Position numbers and translations under genes: made by a program. A stretch of 64,000 nucleotides of DNA from Bispira polyomma (lineage: Eukaryota), in assembly GCA_965649765.1 (NCBI GenBank), contig OZ287756.1, positions 35,588,001-35,652,000 of the forward strand, in the 5' to 3' direction. How positions within the stretch are numbered: the first letter of the stretch is position 1; every line of letters begins with the position of its first letter. Under the pieces are notes generated by a model. It was not told the DNA's origin, made no database searches, and worked only from the letters and a program-made list of their open reading frames with translations. Positions 1 through 13,870 of this stretch are shown here, in pieces.

Positions 1-367
1 CTGAAAGGTAATATATCGCCCAGCGTATTAATAGATTATAGCAAATACAAAGTAATCCACAGCTTTACTGTATTATAGACATTAAAACACAGATGCTCTT
101 GGTTTACATAATAACATCCCATTTCCATGGAATGTGATAACGCTAAGACAATGAAAAAAAAACTTGCCATTTTCTGTACAAAATATTACCACACAGTTGA
201 TGATATTAAATGATTAAATTAGTAATGTATGAATGCATTATTTCCAGTACCATAACACCGACATACTGCTACATCTAATAATAACAGTTATGTAACCAAA
301 AACTAATCTTATAAAGGTGACTAGGATGTAATATCAGGGTGAAAAATGAAATCTTGACACAGTTTTA

Positions 368-1600
368 TAGATGGTCTGTCACACAGTGGATAGAGTGAAG
401 ACAAGCCCCTGCTGAAGACAATGGTCAGCAGTCTATTGTATGTACGTATATCCTCTATCTAGTAGCAATTCTATAATGTGTTAGAATATAAACTAAATAA
501 CATCAATCATAGATATCAGTAAATATGTAGACTTTAAAAAATCACTTCGTGAATGCTTATATATGTTCTATTGAAGTTAATGATGTCAATGACAGTGTGG
601 AGTTATCAAATACGCTATAGATCTTAGAGACATGGCTAACTCCAGGTTCACTTAAGATGAACTAACAACTAATATTGTAAACTTGTGTACATAATATATG
701 TATGGTGTTATTTTAAAATTTGAATGTTTCTCACTTCTAATGTTTTATTGCAATATAGTTTATGTATGGAAAACTTAAATTAATAAATGAATATATTAAA
801 AAAATACTGGGGTTAAAAAAGGGGGGGAGGGGCGGGGTGGGTGGAGATAAGGGGGTTAGATGGTATACAGTGGACAGATTGGAGACAGTCCCCTGCTGAG
901 GACAATAGTCAGCCCACTAAGTCTATTGCTGTATGTATGTATACTGATGGGATTTATAATGAATAGATATGTCTGTAATAGACTCATATCCACCCCACCC
1001 CCCTTACCTGGGGACAATGGCCAGTCTATTTAATATGTATACTGATGGGATAGATAAAAAGACACGTGTGTCTGCCAGTTACCCTTCCCCTTATCTAAGG
1101 ACAGTGGCTAGTCTAATGTTATATGTATTCTGATGATAAAGATAAAAAGGGTCAGACCAGGGGGATCCAGAACATTGAGTGAACTCCTTCCCCCAGTCTA
1201 TTTACCCTACCCCTTACCCTGAGAACAATGGTCAGTGTGTATTGTTGTATGTATACTGATGGGATAGATAAAAACAGATGGTCCCCAGGGCTATTCAGGC
1301 TTCTGACTCATAACCCCTCTCCCCATCTACCCCCACCCTTATCTGAGGGGTCTATTGTTCTATGTATGCTGATAGGAAAGATAAGAAGAAGGCCCAGACC
1401 AGGAAAATAGGGCGAATACAGGGGATTGAGTCCCCCTCACATATACTGAACCTCCTACCTGGGAACAATGATTGAGTCTATTGTTATATGTGTGCTGATG
1501 GAAAAGATAAGACAGGTCACCCTTCCCCGTCTAGCATACCACAGGTCAGTGGCCAGTATCTATTGTTGTGTGTAATACTGGAAATATAAAAACAGATAGG
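368..1600. repeat. Degenerate tandem array (~8 copies of a ~50-bp core, period ~90-125 bp)
   Basis: Core ACAATGGTCAGTCTATTGTT.TATGTATACTGATGGGATAGATAAAA near 417, 902, 1013, 1100, 1224, 1350, 1464 and 1547. Confidence 0.8.
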
Positions 1601-4600
1601 GGGGACTATCCAGGGCACCGAGTGATCACCCCCCCCCCCCCACCCACCCACACTCGTCCCCAAATGTTTCTCCCTTATCGACTTTCTCCCACGAACACAC
1701 AAACACACGTGGCTTCGTGTGTGTGTGTGTGTGTGTGGAGGGGGAGGGATATTAGTAAGGGGAGGGGGGAGAAGAGAAAAAAAAGTGGAATTTAGTACTT
1801 ATTTAGTACTTATTACTCAATTTAGTTTTAAATCTTAAGGTGTGGGTGTATTTATTTTAGTTATTATAGGCAAATAACAAACAAAAATACTTCATGCCAT
1901 TTGTTGGTGTGTTTTTAATGTCTATAGTAACGTATTAAAATTACAATAATCATGGACAAATATGAAGATACTGTAAATGAATGTTTTGGGTAGACTTTCT
2001 TTAAGTCCTTTTCTATCAAGCATTATATGAGGGCAGTTTGGCTTTGTAAATAGTTACTGGTGCTGTGTTTTGCACGTAGAAGACCTGATCAATTCACATA
2101 GTGGAATCATTATGAGTTCCTGCATGGTGTGGATACGGATAAAATGCAAAGACTTGTGAGCCAGTCTATGGTGACCTCAAATTATCCGTTTCTCAGTAAG
2201 ACGACACGCCACTGGCTTGAGTGGGACAGATATAAACACTATATATTATGTAAAAGTTATTGGTGTCCTTTCTGACGTTCATACTCTATAAGTCAAACAA
2301 AGAAAATCTGTTTTAGATATTACAGTCTTTCCCAATAATGTTCACAGTTTAATAAATCAAATGTTCGGTTAAGTTATGTGAAAATTTCTGTTTAGGGATC
2401 AGGTTTAACCCACAACCCCACCCGCCCCCTCGCAGCATGATGTGCACGTGTACAGCAACTGACTAAAAGAAACTGCGCAGTAAAGTCAGATCCGTCGCTG
2501 ATAAGGCCGCCAGGGATGAACCAATCAGATGGCAGCATTCCCAAGCCGAATGATGACGTAGTGATTACTACATAAAGTCAATCAAGCGGGACAATTGTGA
2601 TTAATTGGTTTTTAAAGGCCGAGGTGATAAGTGTGTGGGAGTGTGCCAAAATATCAACAAAGTAATGGAGAATATAATTACTGGTTTGTGACTGCAGATT
2701 ATAAATTTCACACGTGGAACAGTTACCTAAGATAATAGTAAAAAAACATATTGTTAACTCGGGAGTAGTGGATCATGATTTGATTAAACTAAAATGTGTA
2801 ATGCAGGTTTTGATTGTCAGTGACAACTTCTAACTAAAAAAAAAATGTTTATATATAGAAGGAGTCAGTGACTATCAAAGGCTGTATTTACTGGGCCACT
2901 GGGAAATCAGTCTACTTGAGTAATATATTTGAAGTATTGTAACATGATTTGTTAACGTGCGCGTCAGATATTGGAAAACCGTGAAGGATGAGTAAAAAAG
3001 TGGCAATATTTAATTTAGATTTGGTAAGTTGGTGGGTTTGGTGGTGTGATGTATAAATGAATACAGTTTGATTGTCTGCTGCAATCTCTTGTGTTGACAC
3101 TTGTAACCCTAATTAAGAGATTTTGGTGGAGAGATCAATAAAGTATCGTATGACGACAATATTCACATAACTTTTTAATATAAAAATCGAGTTGTTTAAT
3201 TAAAGAAACCTACTACACGATTGTGAGTGATTGATGAATTGGTAAAAAACTACACAATTAATTATAAACCCCTTTTTGGTTTAAGCCAAATTGAGTGAGA
3301 ATAAATTGACCAGTGGTTAATTTTAATGAAACCAAATTTCCATCTAAACGGGCGAGTATGTTGTTTTGTGGTGATTTAAATGTCCGTTGAATATTAATGT
3401 CTTGCCTGTATTGATTGTCCGTTGCAACCCCTTGTGCAGTCAAATGAAGGGATTGTGTCTGGTAATCAATTCGGCCGAGATTTCGCTCACCAAATCCGGA
3501 TGTTGGGAGAAATGAAATAAAATTGGGAGTTATCTCGAGATTAAAGGCACGTGGGTTTCTATGTGAAACCCGACTAGTTCCTTGGGTTGATTGTAGGTAA
3601 CAATAATTGAGTTTATTCAAGCATCAACTATTGTACCCACAATGCAACCTAAACTGCGCCTATATTCTATATGCACCAGTATTAAAAATATATTACTGTG
3701 ATGACGTCACCGAAACACGTTCAGCTAGTGCGTGGGAGGTTGGTGGGATATTGCGGCTAGTGTGTGTTGGGTGGGTGGGTGGCTTTGATGCTGTAATACA
3801 GAAACATTCTACTGTTCAAACAGTGTGCTTTGTATGATGTAATATGCGGTTTTCTCTGTAGTTAGTTTAGTAAGAGAAGGCTGACTAATACATGTCGTCC
3901 TGATTGTAGGTCACAGATCCTGTGGGTGTTTGTGATATCAGGACGTGTCTCCTACAATACTGGACACATGGATGGTCTATAGTCTGAATGGGACAGCTTC
4001 AACATTTCTCTCTGAAAGTAAAGTGGTTAGTAAATGTAATTATTGTAGAAGGGTAGTCCAAATTAGGAAATGAAGGAGGCTGGACTTAGTAAGAGTGACA
4101 ATAGGTAGTTAAATCAACGAAGCCAAATGAAAAGTCCATCAAATGTTAAGTTAAAACTCCTGTCTAGATAACGACTACCTTGTCATGTTGTTTACACAAG
4201 GTGAACACTCTAGGACACAAGTGACTTTTGTAGAATGCAAAATATTAGTTAAAACTGGGGTCAGTTCAAAAGCAAAATGACTTGTAAAAAAGGCCTCGTG
4301 CTACCCTACCAAACCTGCATACCTTGTGTATAAGTAGTAGTAGTAGCTATGATTGTAGGTCAAGGCTCCTGCATACAGTATTCAGCCAGGAGTCTTGTGC
4401 TACAGTTGTAACTACTACAAGCTACAGCAGGTGCCCACAGTAATAAGTGTGCAAGGTCATTGAATAATAAGTATGCAAGGTCATTTGGTAGCAATAATGC
4501 ATGACCAATAAAGGTAATAGTCTTGCTATCCAATGTCCCCACCCATGGGTCAGTCTTTAATACATTTTGGTGCTGGTAACTTCTTACAAATTTACTCCAA

Positions 4601-5829
4601 CACTGTTGTGCGGTAACATTGAAAAGTATGACCTGGAGTTTTAAGCATAGATGTGCAGTGTGGTAGAAGCCTAAATGCAGTTTTGTTCTTTAATGGTGTT
4701 CACTAGATAGGTGACTAAATCTGGATTAGTGTCTTGTGTATTAAAAGTTCGGGATTTTGTGGACAACAACCGTGGTGGCTTTTGGTATTGTACAGTGATG
4801 ATTGTCAAGTATGACAACTGTCACACTAATAGCCGGTGTTTGTACTTGACAAATCATTACTGAAGGCGTCTGGTCTGCCATAGTTGCTCAACACCAGATA
4901 CAATGTTGTGTATCTTTATACTGGCAAGTGATGGCATGGTGGCACACTTGTTAATTGTTATAATGGATCTACCTGGTTGTAATAGTTAACACAGTACAGA
5001 ATCATGGACAGAAGTACAAAAAGTACTAGCCAGTAGTGTTAGCTGTTTGATAAATCAGTTATTTTAGTAAAATTGTTTGCTCAAACTATTGAAACCAAGG
5101 TTTAAGAAGTGCATCTTTAGAGATTTGTGCCTGGTCATGATTGTCAGTGACATTCACTGCTAAGATATATACTAGTCCAGTGTGTATCATTGACAAATCT
5201 AGACAGGAGAACAAGGTACATTCTACAGTAACGTCATGTCCTCTTTGTAAAGTCAAGACTACAAAGCTTGTGGAATTGACAGTAAATTGAATTGACACCT
5301 TGGTGGAACCATGTCTAGTTTTATAGTATACAATATATAACTGGTAATAAAATTATCTTCAGTGGTCTAGTATGACTTCTCATATTGCTGTTGACAGTTG
5401 CAAATTGTAAGGGAACTGTGTGTACCCCTGATTGTCTGTTGCAATCACTTTTACCTATGATATCAAGTGACTGTACCAGACTGTCCCCTGTACCACAAGT
5501 TCTACTACCAAATACATGTTATAAAACTTATGGGGAAAGTTTAGATGCATAAAGATTTTGTCAAGATCAAGGGTATAAGAAATTGAACAAAATTACCACA
5601 TTTGTCACTGGGATAAGAAAAAGTAGATAAATTTTGCAAGTAGCCCAAAAAAGGTTATACGACACCAACCGCATTGTTAACGATACTTGTTGTTGCCTTA
5701 CTTGGGACACTTGTGAGCTTGCAAAATAGTAAATACATAAAAATAGAAACAAGTTGAAAATGTAAAACACACAACACTGATACAGAAGCTGGTAGTTTTG
5801 TGATGACAAATCAACCATGGGTGTGTTGA

Positions 5830-6242
5830 GGACAGGTTTTATACCTGGCTTTGATTGTCAGTTGCAATCACCGTAGATATTTGCACAGCGTTTGTTACTG
5901 ACATATCAAAGCATACTTTTGTTTAGCAATGAAAAACAATATAACATCCCTGTTTGTATGTGTCAAGGAGGCAAAGATGTGTACAATTAAGCAAAAACTT
6001 TAAAAGAAATTGTTAAAGAAATGGTTGAGAAACAATATGGTGAGATTTTGACACAAAATGCAGAAGTGTTTCTAGGACAGGTTTTATACCAGACTTTGAT
6101 TGTCAGTTGCAATCACTTTATAGATATTTGCACATTGTTTGTTACTGACGCATCAAAGCATGCTTTTTGTACAGCATCGAGAGGCAATACAGCACCCCTG
6201 TTTGTATGTGTCAAGGAGACAAAGATATGTACAATTAAGCAA
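5830..6242. repeat. Direct duplication of ~165 bp (5830-5994 / 6075-6242)
   Basis: GGACAGGTTTTATACC...GTACAATTAAGCAA present twice. An adjacent second duplication is at 6257-6363 / 6388-6493. Confidence 0.85.
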
Positions 6243-9200
6243 GGTCTTTCAATGTGAAAGTGTTGCCTTCCCAATAAATTGGCTATAGTGGTTAAACCCC
6301 CTGTAACGCCACTTTGACCTTCATACCAAGGTCATAGATTAATATAAAGGAGTTCAATATGATGGCAACATTTTTGACCACAAACTAGAAAGTGTTGTCT
6401 TCCATTAAATTTGCTATAGTGGTGTAAAACCTCTGTAACCCCAGTTTGACCTCCAAGTCAAGGTCATAGATTAATATAAAGAGTCCAATATGATTTGTGT
6501 ATGTATGGTGGTGTATTAAGATGGTTATATACTTTTCACCACACAGACATTATTGATGGCTAGGTTAGGGTTGGGGGAACCCAGCTGAGAACAAGAAACT
6601 ACTTCGCACAAGAAGTTTATATTTGGTGCAACTATTTTTTATTTGGGGGTATAGTTTTGCAATATCATTGTCTGAACTCACTTTGACTTTGGATCTATGA
6701 CCCTGCCCTCAAAAATCTTGTCCAGACTATATCTCGTAATCTTCTGTAAACTATATACCAGTAACTACTTGTACTTCCTATTTGTCACATTTGTGGTATT
6801 ACAAATCCTTTGGGGGAGAGTATAGTTGTGCACGATTATGGTAAGGTCACAATTTGACTATCAACGTTGTAACTATGACTTGACCCCAAAACTATGTGTC
6901 ACTGTAAGTTGAAAACTCGTTTTGCTGCCTGAAATATACTTTTTATAAGGCCTTAAAAATATGACTGGTAGGGTACGTGTATTCTAATATTAAATTCACC
7001 TACAAGAAGGGTTCACTATCTGATTTTCCTTCCCATGAGAAGTCCGGGGTATCCACAGCATGATCAAACATGCCCATACAAATTATTTCATAGTATTAAC
7101 CATACCTTGCTTTGAACCTTTTGCATCCCTGGGGAGGAAGCTGACCATATGCCCGTCCAGGCATTCATTTTTACGACACCCCCCCCCCCCTTCCCTATCT
7201 GTATGACCAGGGTGGGGTATATAAAATTGTGCTGGGTCGGTCTATTCTTTAGTTCATATGTTCGAGGCATTTGTGTCATTGTAGCTAAACCCATAAGATT
7301 GTTAGCCATAAGATTATCATATTACAAAGATTTCCACCAAATCAAAAACAAACAAGATGGCTACCTGAGCTCAAATCTGTCAATTGTCAATTTTATACCG
7401 AGGTTGCTTTTAGCAAAAGGAAACCTTGTATGACTTTTACGCAAACTGATTGACCGTTCATGTTTTCAATTTTTGAAACTAAAATTGCCAATATTTCCAA
7501 AACGGTGAGAGATTTTAAGCCATTTTTAAACTTGCCATAAACAAAATATTTTGCATAGCTTTTAGTGGTTTGCCGAGTTTTAAGAGTATATAAATGCACA
7601 CAAACATTATCAGAACTGTTGTACAACATGTCAAAGCTTTGTACAAACAACGACCGTGCGTATACATAATGTACACATACATGATTTTAAATTTGCCCAC
7701 ATGTAGGATTACACATAATAGTCACCGATTCAACGTTGGCATTGTTTTTCTTTAAATTAAATATCAATATTTAGAAACATCCAATATGTAGTATAAAATG
7801 CTTAAAAGGTGAAATGCTTATCTTCGTCCCAAAGGTATATAAAGTCAGTTAAAAAATATAATATTTTAATATCATTTCTGGAAAGGACGAGAAAATAAAA
7901 ACTTTATAAAAAATATATATTTATTATGAGGTAATAGACTTACATGTGGTGACAGTTTTCAGCATTTTATTCTCCAACGCTAGCTTCATAAGGACTTTTA
8001 TGTGTATAAATAACATTCACCATAAAAATGGCTCACATACAAAGCTATTTTTGGTGAATAAATAAAATTATCCAGCAAATTCTATTTGACCCCTGCAAAA
8101 TTATACTTGTTTCACTAAGATTATTTGCCCGCATTTGAGTGGTTTTCGCTCAACAAAACACATAATTTTATAACTAAACATAAATCAATAATTTTCGGTT
8201 ATTGTTTTTAGCCAAACAATTTTAGAATATCCAATAATATTAGACCACTTGATAATTGTTATCTACCAACAGCACATGAACACGTGAAGGAAGCACAATG
8301 TACTCGATGAAGTAAAGTGGTCAAGTATTTCTACATTATTTTAAATGTGTCTTAAATGTGTACATTGTACTCCTTAAAAACGGGAACAAATCTGCCTATA
8401 AAACCCTCGTGTTTATAACGTAACAATTTTTGGCCTATATTAATTATGCACATTATAGATATATTAGAATTACATGTGATGTCATATAATTTTGCAACAA
8501 TATTTAATATTTTTAAACAGCTGAAGTTCACTTACAATGTTAAAATACACTCTTTGAATCAGGTGACTATGATTTTAGTCCCAAAAGGCGTGAAAATATG
8601 GATAAAATTCCCCAGATGTCTCGCAAACATTTCATAACGTTCACATATAATGATCTTAAGGACGTTAATATATGTTAAATAACTGTTATGTTGTGAACCA
8701 ACCCACTTGGCCCACTTGGCAACAGTTAATGAGAGTCCAAAGTGATTTCTAAATATTTTTAATGGACCAACCAAATCACAATGTTCACCATAATTTTTAA
8801 AAGTATAAATTCCTTCTTGTCCTTGCAAAAGACAGATTTGTAACAGAAGGCATAGTGCTATTATCGAACTCACAGTTATTCTTCCATCTCAAACTGATGT
8901 GAGAAGTTTTACAAGTGAACTTTAAACTTTATGTTTGTAAGAATAACATACACACTACACAGCAGCATAACTATTCTCACCTGGATGTCTTATTTTCCAG
9001 ACAACATTTTCTGTCTTAAGAATTTGTCATTTAAGAAAAGAATATTTTAGTATAAAAATTGTTTTTAATATTAAGGTAAGAACTGTTTGAAGACAATAAT
9101 TATCTAGATCCTGAAAGTGAAGATCATTGAGATGCTCTATGAGTCACCATCTCCCCGTATGTGTTTGTGGGGAGAATAAATGCATAGATATACATAAATG

Positions 9201-12200
9201 AGAACATTGTGATAGAAACATTCAAATATCGTTTGACGTCTGGATACCACACATTATTGCCGCTTTTACAAACAACACATACGATAGTTTTGGGTCAGTT
9301 CTTTTATGTTTTCTTTTCACTCGAAATTAGAATTATGTTTTTGTTTTGGTGTGATTTGTGCCTAATATATATATGTGATGAATACATATACATTTTGAAC
9401 TGTTTGTGGTAATGAATCCTTCACCGTTTGTCAATACTCTCCCCATACCTTTATCCTGAATCCAGGCACACCTCTTGTCATATATGAGTGCATTATGACT
9501 ATCCGAAACCTCAAAATATGAGTGCATTTTGATACATTTTGCTGTATATGAATACATTGTGGTCATGTCTGTAGGATATATGATGTGCTATTCACTTTGG
9601 ACTTTGCTAGAACTCTCGGTAGACCTAGGTATGCCCTAACCTACCGCCCTCCCCATCAGTTATAGCCCCACCCCCCTGGGAGTAATTAACTGCATCACCC
9701 AGGAGGGGTATTTCCCTGCTGGTGTCCGAGGCTAGCTGTAATTGTGGGGGGTATTTGACTGAGCCGTGGGTGGGGAAGGACGGAACCCAACAGAATTGTG
9801 TAACTTTACATCACATACAGTTCTCCCCCACCACCATCAAGTGAGGTGTACCTGTTATTACCTATGACGAACAGTGACAACCAGAGATTTGATATTTTAA
9901 AGCATATACAGTCATAGTCCAGCTAATAGGCGATACAGGAGGGAACTCACCTTGAAGGTTGTGGAGGAACCATAATATGAAATGATAAACCTTTTAAATT
10001 TGGTCACTTCATTTATATCTTATTCACACATAGTAGTTTCGTATTGTTAATACAAACACACAATTGATTGATTTACTATATAACCAATTAAAACTGTTGT
10101 CTCAATAATAAGTTATGATGAACCGATATGTTAACTCGAAGTGGGATATTTTATGTGTTTCAAATTGATGGGGTTTTTCAATGAGCAAATGCAGGGCAGG
10201 GCATAACATGCTCAAAATCTGTTCAACTCTTATGATGCAGCTACATAAGGGTATGGACATTTTGTCTTTTAATAAAAGATTCCTACTCAGCTCAACTTAT
10301 TCCTAGTTTTAAACTTAATATTGACTTTAGAATGTGACTTAAATTATACATATTTTTTCATGTGAGTCCCTATAATATTAAGATTGAAATGTGTAGAGAA
10401 AAGTATCTACCCTTGTTCAAATTGGTACCAAATATGCAATTAAGGAATTTCAATCTGTTGATAAAAAGTCAAATTTACAAACATCTTTCAATATTTTTGA
10501 AAATCTTAGAGCTTCCAACCAGTTAGAATATTCAAACGTCACTAGTTCAAGTCCAACCGTTTCCAAGAATAAGCTGGACTCAGTCGCTTCAGTAGTTTTC
10601 TATAGCTATTTTTTTGAGAGCAGCATCTTAAAAAACTTTAAAATGTAGATGGCTTCAACTTAATCACTAACACTAGAAACAAGGCCCATGATATGAATTG
10701 AATCAACATTTACAATAACACGTCAATAATTCTTAAGACGTGTTTGCCAAAATTGCTTCATTTAGGAGAAATATTGGAAATAAATTAATAGCAATCTTTT
10801 AAAACTTCCAAAAAAAATTTTTTATATACTGTGCTGTCTAAAAAAATAAGTCTTAATTTATAAATTTATAGCATTTATGTCACATAAAAAATGACAGGTA
10901 GAACCAATAGACTATGTATTAAAATTGGTCATACATCTTGTGTTGAAGACAAGCAGTATACATAGAGATATGATGATCTATTTGTAAGGGTGAAATGGGA
11001 CTACCTGCGGAGGGGCTGTGGCAGCATCTCTGTATGCAGATGACATGAATCATGTCAATTAATTGGCTGATTGAGATCACACACACACACATATATATCT
11101 AAGACCCTAAGTGTATCTTGTGTGGCCCTGCCTGGTTTTTATGACAACCCTTTTTTCAAGATTTCACACCACCATATCATAACTGGACGGCACTCAAAGA
11201 TTAACTGTCCCCTGGAATTGCCCCATTATAGACAGTAATTGTCAGCACTACTCATATTTAAACAATGGACAGATTTATTACAGACTGGCTTCTTTTGTGT
11301 TTTTCTTTAAATAAAGAAGAAGCATAGCATTATTTGCATATAGAAAAATATATATATATATATTGCAGCTTCCTGTAAAGATGACAAGGTGTTGACTAAC
11401 TTTTAGCAGAGAAGATGGACTATTTACTGTCGCGGAAGTGCCTGTCCACTTCTCTCTGCCCCTCTCTCACTCCACACCTGCAGATTATTAAATCCGTGCG
11501 CCCACTACTCATAGCTTGTCATATTTGGCCCTCCCACCCCATCATTATGTCTGACACCGCCCAGTGGGGGTAGAGTGGGGGGTTAAGAGGAGGCAACCCC
11601 CAAACCAATGGTTTCTATTGGTAACAACATCACTACTACCCCGCCCCAACCACTAGACTCTCAAGATGGCACACTCGAGGTCTCTCCCACCCCACACTTA
11701 GCCTCAGATCAGGCTCTCGTGTGTTTTGAAAATAATAATTGTGTTGTATTTATTGGTTTGATATGAATCGAAAAAAAAAACTTATCCAAGCTGCAGTTGA
11801 TAAAAATGGTAATTTTCATGATTTTAACAAGAAAGAAAGAAACATTTGCATTTTATTTTTAAATAATTGTAGGATGTAGGAGACTGTGGATTTATAATAA
11901 AAAAAATAATATCATTAAATATAAAGTTTATATCTGTTACATACGTAGAAATGTCTCTTGATATATGTAGTGATGTTTTTTGTAATTCTATGCAAGGCTA
12001 TCTTAATAACACAAAATGGTTTATGTGTATATTTTAAAAGTGACTAACAAGTCCATTTAAGTAATCATTTATATTTAATATTAATACGGAATTTATCGAT
12101 CTCCCCATCTAATTGTATTTAAAGTAATACTTAAATATTTACCTAAGCTTGACTGGCCATGTACAGCTATCCAGCACCAGTAACTATCATGTTCCTTACT

Positions 12201-12371
12201 AATAAAATAAGATTGTTTGTCATATTCTTGAGCTTTAAACAATGCTAGAGGTACATGAGATATTGGTGGGTCTGTCAGTTCAAAAATATAGAGATTAAAT
12301 CTATAACTGAGTAGCTTGGAGTTATCGCAGTTCCATCATGTATTTACTTCTACCTACTTACAAAAATTAAT

Positions 12372-12545
12372 GGATGTTAGTCTTTGGACGCCGTATGTGG
12401 CAGCCCGGCTAGTATGCTTCCTGAGGCAGCTGAAACTGAACAATTGGTTGACAAGTGGGAGAACCCAGACTGGAGGTGTAAACTGTAAAGTAGGATGAGA
12501 TCTCAATACAGGTGATATCAGATTATAAACATACACACATTTGTA
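12372..12545 (+). mobile_element. SINE family B 3' half
   Basis: Aligns by eye with 35320-35490 (GGCTAGT.TGCTTCCTGAGG.AGCTGA...AACAATTGGTTGACAAGTGG). Confidence 0.75.
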
Positions 12546-12864
12546 GTTACAGTTGTTGTTGTTGAGCTCTTTCTCAAACTGTGACATAGCTGGTATTTTT
12601 TATATATTTTCAGTTTAACACTGTTTTTAATGAATGAGTGTCATATCACGACAGGAAGTTTATATTGGTGAAGGAAATCAGAACAGAGTAGTTGGTCAAG
12701 GTTTACTGCTCTACAAACAACCTGCCTTCCACAATTCCACTGCCAACCTTTCCATATTACAAGCCAAGGCCGATAATCGAACCCTAACTACTAAGATAGG
12801 AGGTGACAGTACATCACGACACCACCGAAGTCCCTAATCGAGGTAGAAAGTTCAAATGTTTTTC

Positions 12865-13335
12865 TTGTATTTTGCATTTGTAACGTGCCTCATTGATGCG
12901 AGGCATCTTCTAAAGTGAAACAACATGATAAATCAACGTGTTGAGAAGCGGGACTGTAAGGAAGGCTGTGTGGGTGTACAGGGAGGCAACCAGTGTTTAG
13001 TAAACAAGTTTGAATACATGGGTTTTAAGTTTTCTCCTAAAAACAAAAAGTTTTTTGAGTGATCTAAGCTCAACAGGGAAACAATTTAATAACATAGGGG
13101 AAAGCGATTGAGAAATGACTAGATCCAACCCTCTTGGTGGGTTTAACAGAGGAAACAGACGGTCTCTTTCCCCTCTTACAGTTACTGAAATAAAGACAAG
13201 TTGTAAGGTTGGGAGAGCCGTTGAGATACAACAGCTTTGAGAGTGGTGACATGAATTTTAAACAAAATTTGATAATGGATGGGAAGTCAATGTAACTTTT
13301 TGAGGTACAGAGAGACATCAGTACGGATATCAAGC
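12865..13335 (-). mobile_element. Degenerate L2-like LINE 3' end
   Basis: Homologous by eye to 18725-19250 (ACAACAGCTTT, CTAGATC.AACCCTCTTGGTGGGTTT, GGTTTTAAG.TTT, TGATGC.AGGCATCTTCTAA). Confidence 0.75.
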
Positions 13336-13566
13336 CTATAAACTAGGAAGGGCAAAGTTATAAAATAATGTATTGCACTTTTGCCAATAAAATCTTAGCT
13401 AAACAATTATGTTTAATGATTAAAATTTATATAAAACCACACATAATAAATTCATATGTCAGTCGGAGTGCATTGTTGTCTCAGATTATTTGTGAGCATA
13501 GACAAAGAAAATGTGTTTCTGCACAGCTTGTCGTGTTAAGACTAGTTTATTGAACTTTCTGGGCAA

Positions 13567-13870
13567 AAGTGAGCCTCAGAAAGACCACGGGGATGACATG
13601 TATGAGAACCAGGACAGAAGTGAGCCTCAGAAAGACCACAGGGATGACATGTATGAGAACCAGGACAGAAGTGAGCCTCAGAAAGACCACAGGGATGACA
13701 TTATGAGAACCAGGACAGAAGTGAGCCTCAGAAAGACCACGGGGATGGCATGTATGAGAACCAGGACAGAAGTGAGCTTCAGAAAGACCACGGGGATGAC
13801 ATGTATGAGAACCAGGACAGAAGTGAGTCTCAGAAAGACCACGGGGATGACATGTATGAGAACCAGGACA
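13567..13870. repeat. Minisatellite, 51 bp x 6
   Basis: Unit AAGTGAGCCTCAGAAAGACCACGGGGATGACATGTATGAGAACCAGGACAG, with a 1-bp deletion in unit 3. Confidence 0.97.

Noticed and set aside
7250-8875. Possible large non-autonomous DNA transposon
   Set aside because: Composition suggests a repeat, but I could not identify matching TIRs or a TSD.
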